Below are positions 24,758 through 38,743 of a DNA stretch of 64,000 nt, in pieces. Position 1 is the first letter of the stretch. Each line of letters opens with the position of its first letter. A model generated the notes under the pieces. It made no database searches, had not been told where the DNA came from, and worked only from the letters and a program-made list of their open reading frames with translations. The position numbers and the translations under genes were made by a program. The DNA comes from Octopus sinensis (lineage: Eukaryota): the NCBI RefSeq assembly GCF_006345805.1, contig NC_043014.1:31124001-31188000 (forward strand). Reading direction: 5' to 3'.

Positions 24758-25591
24758 GAAGCTAGCATGATCCGCTGGATGTGTAGTGTCAGTGTGCACG
24801 CACGACAGAGTGTAAGCATCCTGAGAGAAATGCTGGATATAAGAAGCATCAGATGTGGTGTGCAAGAGCGACGCTTGCGATGGTATGGTCATGTGCTGCG
24901 GATGGATGAAGAGAGATGTGTGAAGAAGTGCCACTCCCAAACAGTTGAAGGTATCAGGGGGAGAGGTACACCCAGGAAGACATGGGATGAGGTAGTCAAG
25001 CATGACCTCAGAGCATTGGGCCTCACTGAGGCAATGGCGAAGGACCGAGATCTCTGGAGATATGCTGTGACTGCAAAGACCCGGGCTGCTTCCTGCATCA
25101 GTTCCACATAGCCCCTGCCCATTCAAAGTACCTCGGATCCAAGATAGTCCTGCTGTGCCTGAGGAGATCTGTTGAGTCAAGTACATGAACATGAACGTCG
25201 AAATAAATATCAATGGAAATAGGAGTTATGATGCCTGTGCCGGTGGCACATAAAAAGTACTATCCGAACGTGGCCGATGCCAGCACTGCCCCGACTGGCC
25301 TCCGTGCCGGTAAGACCATCCGAACATTGCCAGCGCCGCCTTGGCTGGCTCCCGTGCCGCTGGGACGTTAAAAGCTCGAACCGATCGTGACCGATACCGG
25401 ACCCCCCGGCCCCTGTGCAGGTGGCACGTAAAAAGCACCCACTCCACTCGCGGAGTGGTTGGCGTTAGGAAGGGCATCCAGCCGTAGAAACTCTGCCAGA
25501 TCAGACTGGAGCCTGGAGCGGCCCCTGGCTTCCCAGACCCCGGTCGAACCGTCCAACCGGACGTTAAACGATGATGATGATGATGATGATG
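24758..25591 (+). mobile_element. Young 5'-truncated RTE-clade LINE: open C-terminal ORF segment, modular 3' UTR, (GAT)n tail
   Basis: ORF 24767-25111 contains QERRLRWYGHVLRMDEERCVKK...GRGTPRKTWDEVV, typical of the RTE C-terminus; tail gttaaac(gat)7. Confidence 0.95.
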
Positions 25592-28239
25592 ACACACACA
25601 TATATATATATATACTCATACATATATATACATATACATATATACATACATATACATACATACATATATTAGTTGAAATGGTGATCTATATATGATCCCC
25701 TTGTTCTTAACTGAATTCATTCATTGTTCTCTGGCCATGCAATGGCACCTCTTTTGTCTCCATCAAAGGATTATATTTTTTAGTTGTTATACTTGCTTTT
25801 TAGCACCAGGTTAGCTTTAATGAAACAGTTTTAGTATAAAGAAGAGATCTAGTCATGACCATTCCATCTCTTACAATACATGGCATTTCAAAACATAATA
25901 TCCATTCCCTAATCATAATAGGATATGGTTTAAGGGAGATTTGACTGCCATTTCTAGCAGGTCGACTGACCATGTGGCTCTCTTGTTGGCTCATTTGTAT
26001 GTTTTTGTTTTAGTTGGCTATTTATCAGTGTCAGTACTTTGTCTACTACTTATTTTAGTGATCATTTGAGAAACCAAAAGCAAGTAATTTTTTTGGCATG
26101 AAGGTAGATACTGCAGGATAATCTTCAACGTACTGTTTTTTGCTCCCATCACATTGATACATAATATTGTACATGTTAGGCATTTACATGTTTCCATGTA
26201 GCAAATTCAACTCCCAAGGTATTTGATCAACCTGAGGCACTTGCCTAAGGTGCCAAGTTGTGGGTTAGGAATGTACAGAACTATTTGGTTGTAAAGTAAA
26301 CATCTTAATCCCACAGCCATGCCTGTAACCAGAGTGTTTATGATTTGGTTTAAGATAGATACAGTCAGCTTGATTTATCATATGACATGCAAACAACATC
26401 GCCATTATGGTTATCATCAGTTCCAGAATATTCTTTATGGTTTGTGGAAGATGGGGACCTGAAGTGGAGAGAGGGGGTTGTGCACAAGAGGTTTAATATT
26501 AGAGGATGTTGGACACAAATTATCTCAGAATACTTTATTATTAGAACAGAGCTCCAGATCTAATTCTGAGGTGAACCAAAATAATTGGGGAATAGTCTGG
26601 GATTGAGGACTTAAACAGCTTCTTACAGCCTTCCTCCAAGTCCATAAATTCTGTGAGATAATCAAATGATCGTTAGTTATGTACTGCTTCCATTCCTTAC
26701 ATTTGTGAAATATTTCTACCCATGCTACCTAGAGAGACTGATTAAGTTTTAGTGGATTTTGCCACCTGTGCTTTTAACAGAGAATATTAAGCTTCAAGCC
26801 TGAAGTTAGTTGCCCAACACTTTATTGGACTTGATTAGCTGCAACTGTACATGCAATTTTTTTTCTTTTTTAAAATTAGACAAATAGATAGACAGTTAGA
26901 TAAATAGAGTAAGACAGTCAAACTGATACACAACTTTTATAAAGTAACATGCAACAGATAGAAACATTTCCCCTCATCTGGTCTTAGTGTAAATAAAATA
27001 TTTTGCTGTTTACCCATCATTCCATCCAAATTCCTTTGCCAGCTATTTAGAGAAAGAGTCTCAGTTTCCATTACATCATCACTGCATCAATTTGAGCCAT
27101 AGCATACTGGGATGGAGTGGTGGGTGAAAAGGCGTGGTTGTTTGGCAGTGTGGTTAGCTGGTTTGTATGCCACACGAACAACCACTATCTGCACTTCCAT
27201 GCAAACATTGTCACCATGACAACAACTTGTTAGAGTTTTGTTTTTCTTCAACTGGCATGGCTTTTAGATTTTTCTCTTTATCAGTTTTATTTTTATCATA
27301 AATTCTGTTTATTTTTTGTTTGGGAGTTTTTGTATTTAAAAAAAAAAAATCATGTTGTTGTTTAGGGATTTGCCTCTCTTCATTCCCCTTGCTGTGTCTA
27401 CTTGCTTTGTAACATTGGACTAAACATGTTGCCTTCATTATCATCCAAGCCAGTAAATTACCACAATCACATTAACTGTCAACACTACTACTACCATAAC
27501 CATCATCATCATCAGTAGCAGCATCTTCATCAGAACTATCCTTATCATCACTGTTTGAGCCAACAAAAAGATCTCTACTCGGCCTGCTAAAAACAGCACT
27601 CTAATCTGTACCAAATCACAACATACCATGTTAAAATGACAAAAGACACATTGGATAATCTAGATTTTTATTTATATATATATATATATACATACACACA
27701 CTAATATGATAATTTATTAGTTACAACATATTTTGTAAAGGTGCTTGATTTGCTAAAGTTTGTCTCATAATCTTCAGTCTGTAATTTCAAGGCAAATGGC
27801 TGGTCAGTTACTTAGCTACATTCCATGGTGCGAAATAAATTGACTGCCTTTTACATCCAGTTGGTTGTTTTGAAATGCAATTCCTTGTTGATTTTCATTG
27901 TCACTATCTACTTTTTTTCTTGTTTGTTTGTCCACCACTTTGGCTAGTGTATAGCACTTCTTGCTCCAACTTTCTCTCAGTTCACTTCTTTCACTCAAAC
28001 TCATATTTGTTTTTTCTCTCCCTGTAGTTTGTCACTCCAAGCAGTCAGTACAATGATCACCACATCCATTAGTTCATTCTCATTTTAATTCTCCTACTGT
28101 CACTCACTCTTTGTTTCTTATTTGACCACCTCCCACTTTCACACTGACTCGTTAGTGTGATAGAACCAGCAAAACAAAAGTGACATTTGAATAAATTTTT
28201 AAGTGAAAAAAAAAAAACTTGTAAACTTTATTGTCTTAA

Positions 28240-28605
28240 TATTATCATCACTGCCTTCATTTATTGCCTGCTTTTCCATGCTTGCATGAATTGGACAAAG
28301 TTTATGGAAGCTAGTTTTCTATAGCTAGATTGGATACTCTTCTTGTTGCCAATCAGCTGTTCCCAAGCAAGCTAATGTTTCCTTTTGCCCATTGAATCTG
28401 AACAGCACAATGGCTGGTTATAGCTTCCCAGAATATTGCAAGTGAATGACATTGCTTGCATGGAGGTAACATTTGCCAAGAATTTACATGCAATATCAAG
28501 ACAAGGAAACACACACACACACACACTTCTTTCAGTTCTCACATTGTGGGATTGAACTCAAAACCTTGTGGTTGAGAAGCAAACATTTTTTATCACACAA
28601 CCTCC
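28240..28605 (-). mobile_element. Decayed family-A SINE head with RTE-like tail
   Basis: Reverse-complement similarity to 31720-32135. Confidence 0.55.
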
Positions 28606-28639
28606 TCTTTGCCTTTTCCATTCCTTTTAGTTAATCTAA

Positions 28640-29080
28640 TCAAAATAACTTCTATAGCACTTTAGCTGTTCCCAATATGCAAACTCTGAGTAATAGTTCT
28701 ATCTTACAATATACTTTGACCTTCTCTATCCATTTTGCAATGTTGTTCTCCACTGTCCCGGATACTCCTTCAGTTACCTTCTTTATTTTCTACATTCTAA
28801 TAATTTCATACTTCAACTTATAATTTGTCAACTTTTCTGCTTCTTTAGTTACTGTTCATGTGTTGAACAGACATGATGGTCCAATAAGGAAATGTTTCTT
28901 ATGGATTTTATCAACAACCACGGTGATAGGTTCTTGTGCTCTATTAGTTTGGGAAAATCCCACAAGATACAACTCTCTGATTCAAAATATTCTTGCAGGC
29001 TGGTGTTCACAACCATGCCTTTCCATGCTCAAACCCCCATTTCTGACAAACTTTCCAACCACTGTATATTAACTTGGTCA
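28640..29080 (-). mobile_element. R4/Dong-like RLE domain remnant
   Basis: WKVCQKWGFEHGKAW, CEHQPARIF, TVVVDKIHKKHFLI, KEAEKLTNY and LKYEIIRM*...VCILGTAKVL*. Confidence 0.78.
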
Positions 29081-29162
29081 TGCCATCACTTGTACTCTCT
29101 GCAAATCACAAACATTCAGACACTAAATGGGCCACTGAAAAATCATCATCATTATTAATATT

Positions 29163-29368
29163 AAAGCTATTAATATTAATAGTACATCAGGTAAAATGCT
29201 TAGCTGCATTTCACTCGTCTTTGTGTTCTGAGTTAAAATTCCACCAGGGTTGACTTTGCCCTTCAATCTTTTAGGGTCAATAAAATGAGTACCAGATGAA
29301 TACTGGGATTGATGTAATCGACTTAGCCCCTCCCCCAAATTGCTGGCCTTGTGCCAAAATATGAAACC
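29163..29368 (+). mobile_element. Family-B SINE
   Basis: Match to 60949-61160; ends gccttgtgccaaaatatgaaacc followed by (att)n. Confidence 0.8.
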
Positions 29369-29704
29369 ATTATTATTATTATTATTCAGTAGTATATTTT
29401 TTTATAGTGTGCTTTCACTTCACTACCGAGCGCAGCTCTGTGTGCCTTGGGTATGTGCTGTGATTTGTTGTGATGCTCTGATGGTTACTGTATGGAAAGT
29501 GTTCTGCGTTAGGATGTGTGCAGTGCCTAGTAGTGCAATTTTTGTATGTTATATGTGTTTGTAAGTCCTGGTGTTTTTGTTATGTATTTGTCTGAATATT
29601 TTTTTATCATGCCTAATGCACCTATTATGATAGGAATTGTTTCTGTTTTTAGATTCCACATTTTGGTTACCTCTATTTCCAGGTCTTTTATTATTATTAT
29701 TATT
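29369..29704 (-). mobile_element. R4/Dong-like 3' fragment with (TAA)n on both sides
   Basis: KDLEIEVTKMWNLKTETIPIIIGALGMIKK; (att)n tracts at 29369-29386 and 29690-29704. Confidence 0.88.
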
Positions 29705-30734
29705 ACACTCACACACATGCATTCAGTGTTTTGTCCTGTGCTGTCTATAATGTTTTTTTCTTGATGTAAATCCTTTGTGGTCAATAAAGAAATTATATCA
29801 TCATCATCATTATTGAGGTGGCACTCTCACCTCCAGGTTTTTCCATATTCCTTACAAAAAAACTGTGATTGGGACATTGATTTTTTTTCTTTTTTAAAAC
29901 AAGTTGGAGGTTGTTATTTTCAGCTCAAATGAAATATTAAGAATTTGCAAGTGTAAAGAGTACATCTGTTCTTGATGACCACAAATATACAGGTACTGTA
30001 GGAGGAATATAAGTGGTACAGTGGGGATAGAGATGGATGTTTAATACGAGTGTGAGGAAAGATATTTAGAGATGGGGAAGAGAAAAAAATCTCCCATCAC
30101 ACTCTTTCCATCATATCAGAACCATTTTCCAAAGTTTTTGCTCAAAATACCAACTTGATAATGACAAAGTTAGTTTGCTACATTATTACTAAATCCCTCC
30201 AAATTCTTTGTTATTTTTCTAAGTAAATGTAACACAATTGGCAGTGTATTTCATTAGAAATATGATCACAAAGAGGAAAAGATGACTAAAGTTACACTGA
30301 AAGCTTTCTGTCAAAAAATTGCTCAAATCTTATAAATGTCTCCTTGAGGATGTCCCCATCTGGATTATAACTGCTTGTTGTTTCTCAGGTTTGCTTCAAA
30401 GCAGTTGATCTACTGTTGTGGCATTCCTGTCTTATTTTCAGAGATTGTACTACCTTATCTAATGCATCCTCCATTTTTAAGATCATGATTTAGCTGCTAT
30501 TTCCAGTGGGTTAAACTACCATATAGAGACCTCTTTCATCGGCAGTGTGTCAAGATGCAGAAAGAGTTACTAGTATAGAGTCTGTATTTCTTATTTCATG
30601 GATAGTATTTGTGTGTGAACATAAATTGAGCATCTTTGGTTTGCATATTCCTTGCATTTAGGACTTCGAATATAATATCTCAATGCATTTGATTCTAAAA
30701 ATTTGTAAAGTAGTAAATTAGTTTTATATATTAT

Positions 30735-30905
30735 CATCATCACCATCATTATTGTTTAATGCCTGATTTTCATGCTGGCATGGGTTGGATGGTTTGACAT
30801 GGAACTGGCTAGCAGGAAGCTGTCCAGACTCCAGCTGTCTGTTGAGGCATGGTTTCTACAGCTGGATACCCTTCCTATTGCCAACCACTTCACAAAGTGT
30901 GCTGG
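30735..30905 (-). mobile_element. RTE-type 3' tail fragment
   Basis: Reverse complement of the RTE tail. Confidence 0.65.
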
Positions 30906-31149
30906 ATCTTTTTTACGTGCCACTGACATGGGTGTGTTCACTTGATTCTCTCTCTGAAGAATTTCTAATAGAAGATATCTTACATGTTTCTCTGACATGT
31001 ACAATTTTGTAACTCCTATTAACAAATGAAACATGTGTAATGGTGAATAACTAATACTAAACATTTTTTCTAATCTCTTGTTTTGATATGTAATTACTCT
31101 GCAAAAACTTATTTACCAGTATTTTTCAACTCTTATGCATGCCCTCACC

Positions 31150-31341
31150 TAATTATAACATCTACATCCAATTTTGGATGTACTGGTCAAATCTGGCCTT
31201 TTACCTACACCTAATAATATCATTCAAAACATAAGAAGTCACATCATTGTAATCTAAAAGCTGCAAAGATAATGCATGATTAATCCAAATCAATGTGAAT
31301 GAATATGTATTATATTTGACTGTAATCTGAATGCTGAAGGG
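31150..31341. mobile_element. TTAA-flanked MITE (partial)
   Basis: Ends gaatgctgaaggg|ttaa; same family as 13141-13358. Confidence 0.65.
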
Positions 31342-31719
31342 TTAAGATGCACACATCTCATTATGTGGATAGGAAGGTAGCTTGAAAGTCATGTGATTCT
31401 TGGTTCAAGTTCATTGTACAGCACCCTGTACAATAAATCTTCTACAATAACTCTGGGTTGAACAATGCTTTCTAAAAAAAATTTTGGTAGACAGAAATTT
31501 TGCATGTGTGTGTGTGTGTGCGCGCGCACACGCTCACACACATGTCAGTAAAAAAAAACCATCAAACAAATATACTTGTAGTGTTTATTCTGCCCAAATT
31601 ACACAAACATTTCCAAGTCAGTCTCACCATCAATAAATACAGTGTTTGATCTCTTGGAAACCTCTACCTAACACTTATTGTTCACAAAATTTCATGGTAT
31701 ACGATTTCATAAAATCCCA

Positions 31720-32135
31720 GGTACAGGCATAGCTGTGTGGTAAGAAGTTCACTTCCAAACATCATGGTTCTAGGTTCAGTCTCACTGTGCAGCATGTTGG
31801 GCAAGTGTCGTCTACTATTATTGCCTTGGGTGACCAAAGTATTGTGAGTGGATTTGATAGACAGAAACAGGAAAAAAATCTGTTGTGTGTATGTGTGTCT
31901 GTCCGTCCGTCCGTTCTACCTTTGACATCATGTGATACTTGTAGAATGATTGTCACCATCATGCAAGCAATGTCCTTCATTTCCAATCTTCCCTGGAAAC
32001 CTGTCTGGTCATGAGGAAAATGTTACCTTACTTGAAGTGTGGCAACAGGAAGGGCATCCAACCATAGACAATCTGCCTCAACAAATTCTATTTAACCCCT
32101 TCAGACATGGGAAAGTGGGCATTAAAAACAGTGAT
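31720..32135 (+). mobile_element. Family-A tRNA-derived SINE head and body joined to an RTE-like 3' tail
   Basis: Head matches 41611; 3' part (ggcaacaggaagggcatccaaccataga...catgggaaagtgggcattaaaa) resembles the RTE tail. Confidence 0.72.
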
Positions 32136-35111
32136 AATGCACTTTTATGCAATTGGAATTCACCTGTTAATAAGCAGGACTACTCAGGGTTGCCCACTAT
32201 TTAGAACAGTCGGATAAGATCTGCGATATATTTGTTTGCTATTTTTAGCACGTCAAACGTTCGCATTAGAGACTCACTCATTAGTTCATGGTATCCCCTT
32301 GTTGGTTCATGAAACATAGGTGAGATAGTTGAGTGAGCAATGGCTGTTTTAACCCTAGTGAACAGATCACAACACTTATCACTGGCTGTTTGAGTGGAGT
32401 GTCTGACACTTTCTTAAACAGCTGTCTGACTCGATAGCTTGACACGTCAGCTTAGTAATTTATTTCAGTTCAGACCCACTTATTGATTTTTCTCAATCTA
32501 CCACTCTCTCCATCCTGCCTTCTTTTTCTCACTGTCGTTCTTTCATGCTCTGAACAACACCATCATCATCATCACACTACAAATACTACCGTATCACCAC
32601 CACTGCCATACTATAAGCATCAGACCGCCGTCTCTACACAACCACTGCATCCATAACAGCACCACCATATGACAAGCGTTGTATCACCTCCGTCACCGTA
32701 TATTTACAGCATCTACAACTCCGACATTATGCCATGAACACCACCAATACCATCATCATCATTATTTCCTGGCAATGTCTGAAAATCCAAAGGAAATTCT
32801 TTAATCTATTACATTACAGAATACTGTGGTTGGTGTCAAAATCAATACACCTTGTGGCTAATCTTTTGTGCCACACACACACACACACACACACACAAGC
32901 ATATATATATTCATTAACACATTCTCAAATATACTTGTGTATATTCATACTTATACATACGTATGCAGACATACCTATACATATGCATATAAATATATAA
33001 AATAAATAGTTAATAAATGGATCGTCCGTTTGTTTTGACTGTGACTGCTCCATTTGTTCGATCATCTGAACGACCTACTCCTTGTATTATAGTGTGAGTG
33101 GCTGAGTATACCATAGAAAATCATGCGCTTGATGTAATCTTCAGGTAAAAATTAGCTCACAACAGAATGTAACAATGCTGGACCCTTTTAATTACAGGTA
33201 CTATTCACTCAAGGGGCTTTTATAGTTCCTGTCTGCTGAATTTCATTCACAAGACTGAGGTCATCATAAAGGATTGAACTTGGGATCTTATGGTTGGGAA
33301 GCAAACTTCTTAGCCATTAGCCTATGCTTGTGTTTCCATGCACATAAATGCATACACATACATACAGGCAGACAAGCAGCCAAATATACAGGGATATATA
33401 TACATACACACTACTGTGCTGCAGCTGCTGCTGTTATAGATGCAGACAAACTGCAGTAGCTGCAGCTGCAATGGTCATTATGACAGCAACTGTAGATATG
33501 CTTAGGAGGAGGAGGTGTTGGTTGTACTGGCAGTGGTATAGTTGGGGTTGTAGTGGGCAGTAAGTTGTTAGGGGTGGTGGCATTTAGAGATTGCGGTGAC
33601 AATAGTGTGGTTTCGATAGGAGGAGGGGGGTAGAATCAGTGTGATGGTAGCAGTGGTGATAGTTGGAAGTGGTGAGGTAGAGCAAAAAAGTGGGACTCTA
33701 GTAGTGGTGGTGGTAGTGAGGGAGGATGGGGAAGTGCTTGTAGATGGTAGATGATGGTGACGGTGGGGTTGATTGCTATCATGGGACCTTAATGTCTTTA
33801 GTATCCATTGTTTCAGTTGTGCATACATGTAGTGGGGATACTTGTGGCCCACCCACCCCTCTATAGAGTGTGGGTTGTTGTGGATGATGTGTGAGGACAA
33901 GTAGTTTGAAAAAAGATAAAGTGGGGTGGGGGTGAAGGTGGGTTAATGTTCTAAAAAAAAAGGGTTTTGATGTTGCAGTGGAGGAGGTGAGGGAGTTATG
34001 GGTAGTGGTTGTGTTTGTTGCTGTTGTTGTTTACCCTCGGGTCATCCCTGATATAACATACTATAGTCAATCACATTCTGTGGTTGCAGCCTACTCAGAC
34101 ATACCAGTTAAGAGAAACCTATTGTAGGTAATGTATTAATCCCTTCATGATTATAAGTTTTTCATGCAGAAGGCGTTCTGAGTAATTAACCCTACCATCC
34201 CCTGGTCATTCTCTGTATTCAGATATAGTTTATCCCACACCACATTATTCAATATATCCTACCTTATTCTTAAGTCTGTAGACTGTGACATCAAAAATCT
34301 TGCTGTTATTTCTAGTATGTCAAGTGACCACATTGTCTCTTCTAATGGTTTGTGAAAGGGTGGTCCTAGGCTGATAGGTTGTGTGCAGGTGTAATGTGGT
34401 TCTATGAGTGTGTGTATATGGTATTTGTTGGAATCTGTGTGTGTGCGTGTGTTGACGGATATCTGCAAGTAATTCATATGTGCGTGTGTATGTATGTTAC
34501 AGACAGGTGTCTGTATTAGGTATGTATGCATGATATTGACTGCGTGTGTATATGGATGTAAAAAGCGGGGAAAACGTCTGGATCTGATGTTGGTAGGACA
34601 CTGAAAGAATAGATGTATGTGCATGTGATGTTTATGAGTGAGATAGTGAGAGTGAGTGAGTGTGTGTGTGTGTGTGTTTCCCATGAGCCAGTCAGGAATT
34701 ACTCCTTGTTTTATGTTCCTTGTCTTTAGCACCACGGAATTACTTTGCAGGATTCAATACATTTCTCAACTCCCCCTTTCTCTCTCTCCCCTCCTCCTCT
34801 TCCCAACTGCTGACACCCATCTCTTTTTATCCTCTTACCACCACCAACAACAACAACTACAACAAAAATAACACCTTTACATCACACCTCTTTTTCACTT
34901 AATTTCTTTTTCTTTTTTTTTTTAATAAAACTATTTTAATCTTCAACTGTTGCTATCAGCCACATCCAGCTAATTTAAACAGATACAGGTGGTGGACGAG
35001 GCGATAATGGTGGTAATGGTGGGATAGGAGGAGTAAGTTACATTGCATGCATTTTATCACATGCTACAAAATTAGCCAGTGAGGGAGGGAGAGAGAGAGA
35101 GAGAGAGGGAG

Positions 35112-35500
35112 AATGCGATCTATTACCGATGCCGGCAATAAACAGATTCTTTCACTGAATGAAGGCCAGATTGAATAACGCTTGTGTATGAAGTGTGATG
35201 TTGCATGGTGGCGAAACATGGGCACTGAACACTGTGGATGTGTGAAGATTGGAAGGAAGGAAAAAGAAATTACGCAAGTATGCTGCACTGGATGTGTAAC
35301 GTCGATATGCATGAACGACAGAGCACAAATGAGCTGAAAGAAAAACAGGGTAATAAGGGGAGTTAGATGTAATATGCAGGAGAGAAGACTGCACCAATAT
35401 GGGAATATAATACATATAAAGGATGACAGTTGGGTAAAGATCCAAGAGGAAATAACTTATAAAATTTGAAAGACTGAGGAAGATTTGGGAAGAAGTGTGG
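35112..35500 (+). mobile_element. Decayed RTE C-terminal fragment
   Basis: SVMLHGGETWALNTVDV*RLEG, SMLHWMCNVDMHERQSTNEL and MQERRLHQYG. Confidence 0.8.
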
Positions 35501-36376
35501 GTATGCATATATGTTAATTGGTTAACTTTCACATGCGTGCATGTGCTTCTGAGCCATGTGGTGGGCAAGAGGTGTTTTTTACTGTAGCCCCCAGGCCAAC
35601 CAAAGCCTTGTGAGTGGATGTGGTAGATGGAAATTGAAAGGAGCCCATTCTGTGCTTATGTACGTACATACCTATATCTATATGCGTAAGTGTTCATGTG
35701 GTTGTGTTTGTTTCCCACCACTGCTTGACAACCGGTGTTGGTTTGTTTATGTTTTTGTAACTTAACAGTTACACAAAATACACACAGATATACACATGCA
35801 TGTGCGCACGTGCACACACACGCACACACACACTTCTTCCTATTTCTGTCTAGCAAATTCAGGCTTTAGTAGAAGACATTTGCCCAAGGTGCCACACAGT
35901 GGGACTGAACCTGGAACCAGGTGGATGGGAAGCAAACTTCTTATCACACAACCACACCTGTGCCTGTAGAATAAAAAATATTTTACTATTTGGTAGTTGT
36001 ATAATACAAAAGCAGAGTTTGTAGTAGCTTGCAAAAATTGTCCTTGCTATTCAAATAAAATTGTCTATTGGCAAACAAAATTGGTTGAACGAATGTATTA
36101 GTTCAAAATTTATTATGAAAATAACACAGCATCATTATTAATTCAACTATCATGGCTAACAGTGATCCAAGAAAAATGAGGTTTCGTACGAGAACGTAAA
36201 TTTTTATGACTTGTATTCATTATGAGCATTGAATGAATTACATGGCTCTGTGGTTAATAAATTTACTTCACAACTACATAGTTACAGATTTAATCCCATC
36301 ATGCAAGAAGTTGGGTGAGAATCTTCTATGATGATATGTATACATAGATACACAAATGCCCATATATCTTTTTCTT

Positions 36377-36732
36377 TTCTACTTGTTTCAGCCATGCTGT
36401 AGCACTGCTTTGAAGAAGTTTTAGTCGAATGTATTGACCCCAGTACTTATTTCAAGCCTGAAATTTATTCTGTCAGACTCTTTCTGCTGAACCACTAAGT
36501 CATGGGGACACTGGTTGTCAAGTTGTGGTGGGAGGACAAACAAAGACACAACTCACATACATACATATATATGATGGGTTTCTTTCAGTTTCCATCTACC
36601 AAATCCACTCACAAGGCTTCGTTTGCCCAAGGCTATAGTAGAAGACTCTTGCCCAAAGTGCCATGCAGTGGGACTGAACCTAGAACCATGTGGTTGGGAA
36701 GCAAACTTCTTACCACACAGCCACACCTGTGC
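36377..36732 (-). mobile_element. Family-A tRNA-derived SINE
   Basis: Reverse-complement match to 41611-41997. Confidence 0.85.
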
Positions 36733-37624
36733 TTATAAAGCCATGCCTGCACACACACACACACACACACATGAATTAAAAATGAGCTAAAACTAGGCAG
36801 TAGCATGTACTTGAACAAGAAAGATGGATAAAAATATATTAAATAACATACTAGATAAATTCTTGACTTATTGAAATTATCTTCACTTCCAGAGGGGGAT
36901 AGTCTAATCACTTGGTAGTAAATGGCACCAATGCCATATAAGAAAGTGATATAATCTGAAGCATGAGGAATTCTCTCATAAATTTTGGAGAATTTTTCAT
37001 TCTTGAAATTATCTGCTCTTCTGATTTGGAGTTGGCACCAAGATGAAATTAATCTAACCTCTGTAGAAGTGGAGGTAATTTTGATAAATTATGAACATAT
37101 CTTGTGTGGGTGTGTATGTCTGTATGTATATATTTATTCATATACCACAGTCTGTGTGTATGTGTTTCTATGTTTATATGTGTATATGTAGATTAAAATG
37201 AAAAAGTAAAGCATGGTATCACTTGAAAAAAATGATTTAATTTACGTGGAGAATATAGACATATAGGGTCTGTTACAGCTGTTTCTGAGTAGCCAAGCTT
37301 GTGGATCATGATATTGATTAAACATTCCATAAGCTGAGTATTCCGTTGTCAGAGGGGAAGAATTCAGAGAAATGTAAAAACGAAGAAATATCCCCAGTCA
37401 GGAGTATTAGTCCATTCCAGTTTGTTAAAAATGAAACCAGGATCAGAGTAAAATAGATATGCATTATGCAGTTCCATGATCAAATGAATAATAAATTTAT
37501 AGATAAAGTCCATAGGATTTACCAGTTCCAATTTTGAAGGGAGAGTGAATTAGGGTTGAGTAGGAATAATATAGTACAGTGTGGAGAAAAGACAGGATGA
37601 TAGATGTACTAAAGTAGATTTTTT

Positions 37625-38011
37625 TTTCTTTTCACTTGTTTCAATCATTAGACTGTGGATATACCTTGAAGAGGTTTTAATCGAATGTATTAATCCCAGC
37701 ATTTAATTTTTTTTTTAAAGCCTAGTGCTTATTCTATTGGTCTCTTTTGCAGAACCATTAAGTTATGGATATGTAAGCACACCAGCAGTGGTGGGGGGAT
37801 AAACACAGACATGAAGAAACACACACACACACACACATACATACATATACACAATATATTTTTTTCAGTTTCCATTTACCAAATTCACTTGTAAGGCGTT
37901 GATCAGCCTGAGACTATAGTAAAAGACACTTGCTCAAGGTGCCACATAGTGGGACTGAATACCAAACCATGTGGTTGGGAAGCAAGCTTCTTACCACACA
38001 GCCACACCTAC
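37625..38011 (-). mobile_element. Family-A SINE
   Basis: Reverse-complement match to 41611-41997. Confidence 0.8.
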
Positions 38012-38275
38012 ACTAGTCTATACAGTGGGGGCATGTTTCATGTGTGTATGTTTGAGAGTGTAGCTGTACTTTTTGGAAATGCTAATTGCAACAAGCTAGT
38101 GCAAATGTTTGCCACAAACTCAATCAATAACATAATAAACAATATATCTCAGGCTTTTCTTTAACAATTTTTTATCTACTGGGTTACTTGCATTTTCCTT
38201 GGCTTAGAGTCCAAAGCACCCTGTCAGGCTACATATGCACCTGAGTACCAAAGCAAAATTCTAAGTACTCATGCA

Positions 38276-38326
<51 letters not shown>

Positions 38327-38419
38327 TGTATATATATATTATATATATATATATATATCCTGTATATATATATATATATATATATATCCTGTATATATAT
38401 ACATAAAGCAGGCTTAAAA

Positions 38420-38637
38420 CCCTATAGCTTTTAAACTAGCTTTATCCAGCTAAAATATTCTACTTGTTTTACGTTCAGACAGGCTGAATCCGGCCCTTCG
38501 CACCTACCCTACAATATATTTCTAAAAACTAACAGTTATATCATAAAAATTTGAAAGGTATAAGACAATTCATGATTAATTCTAAAAATGTAACTAATAG
38601 GCATTACATTTGACAGAATAGTTTGAATGTTAAAGGG
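38420..38637. mobile_element. TTAA-flanked MITE
   Basis: ccctatagc...gaatgttaaaggg|ttaa. Confidence 0.7.
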
Positions 38638-38697
38638 TTAATAGTGACACTGATTTATTCCCCAACAGTGAATCCATGCAACCTGGCATAAGTACAT

Positions 38698-38743
<46 letters not shown>

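Noticed and set aside
27816-28004. Minus-strand ORF MSLSERSELRESWSKK... as a host exon
   Set aside because: No recognisable homology, weak acceptor, and it ends in a stop with no supporting neighbouring exons
32560-34030. Ser/Thr/Pro/His-rich ORFs (e.g. 33568-33900)
   Set aside because: They come from degenerate (CAC)/(CAT)/(GGT) simple repeats
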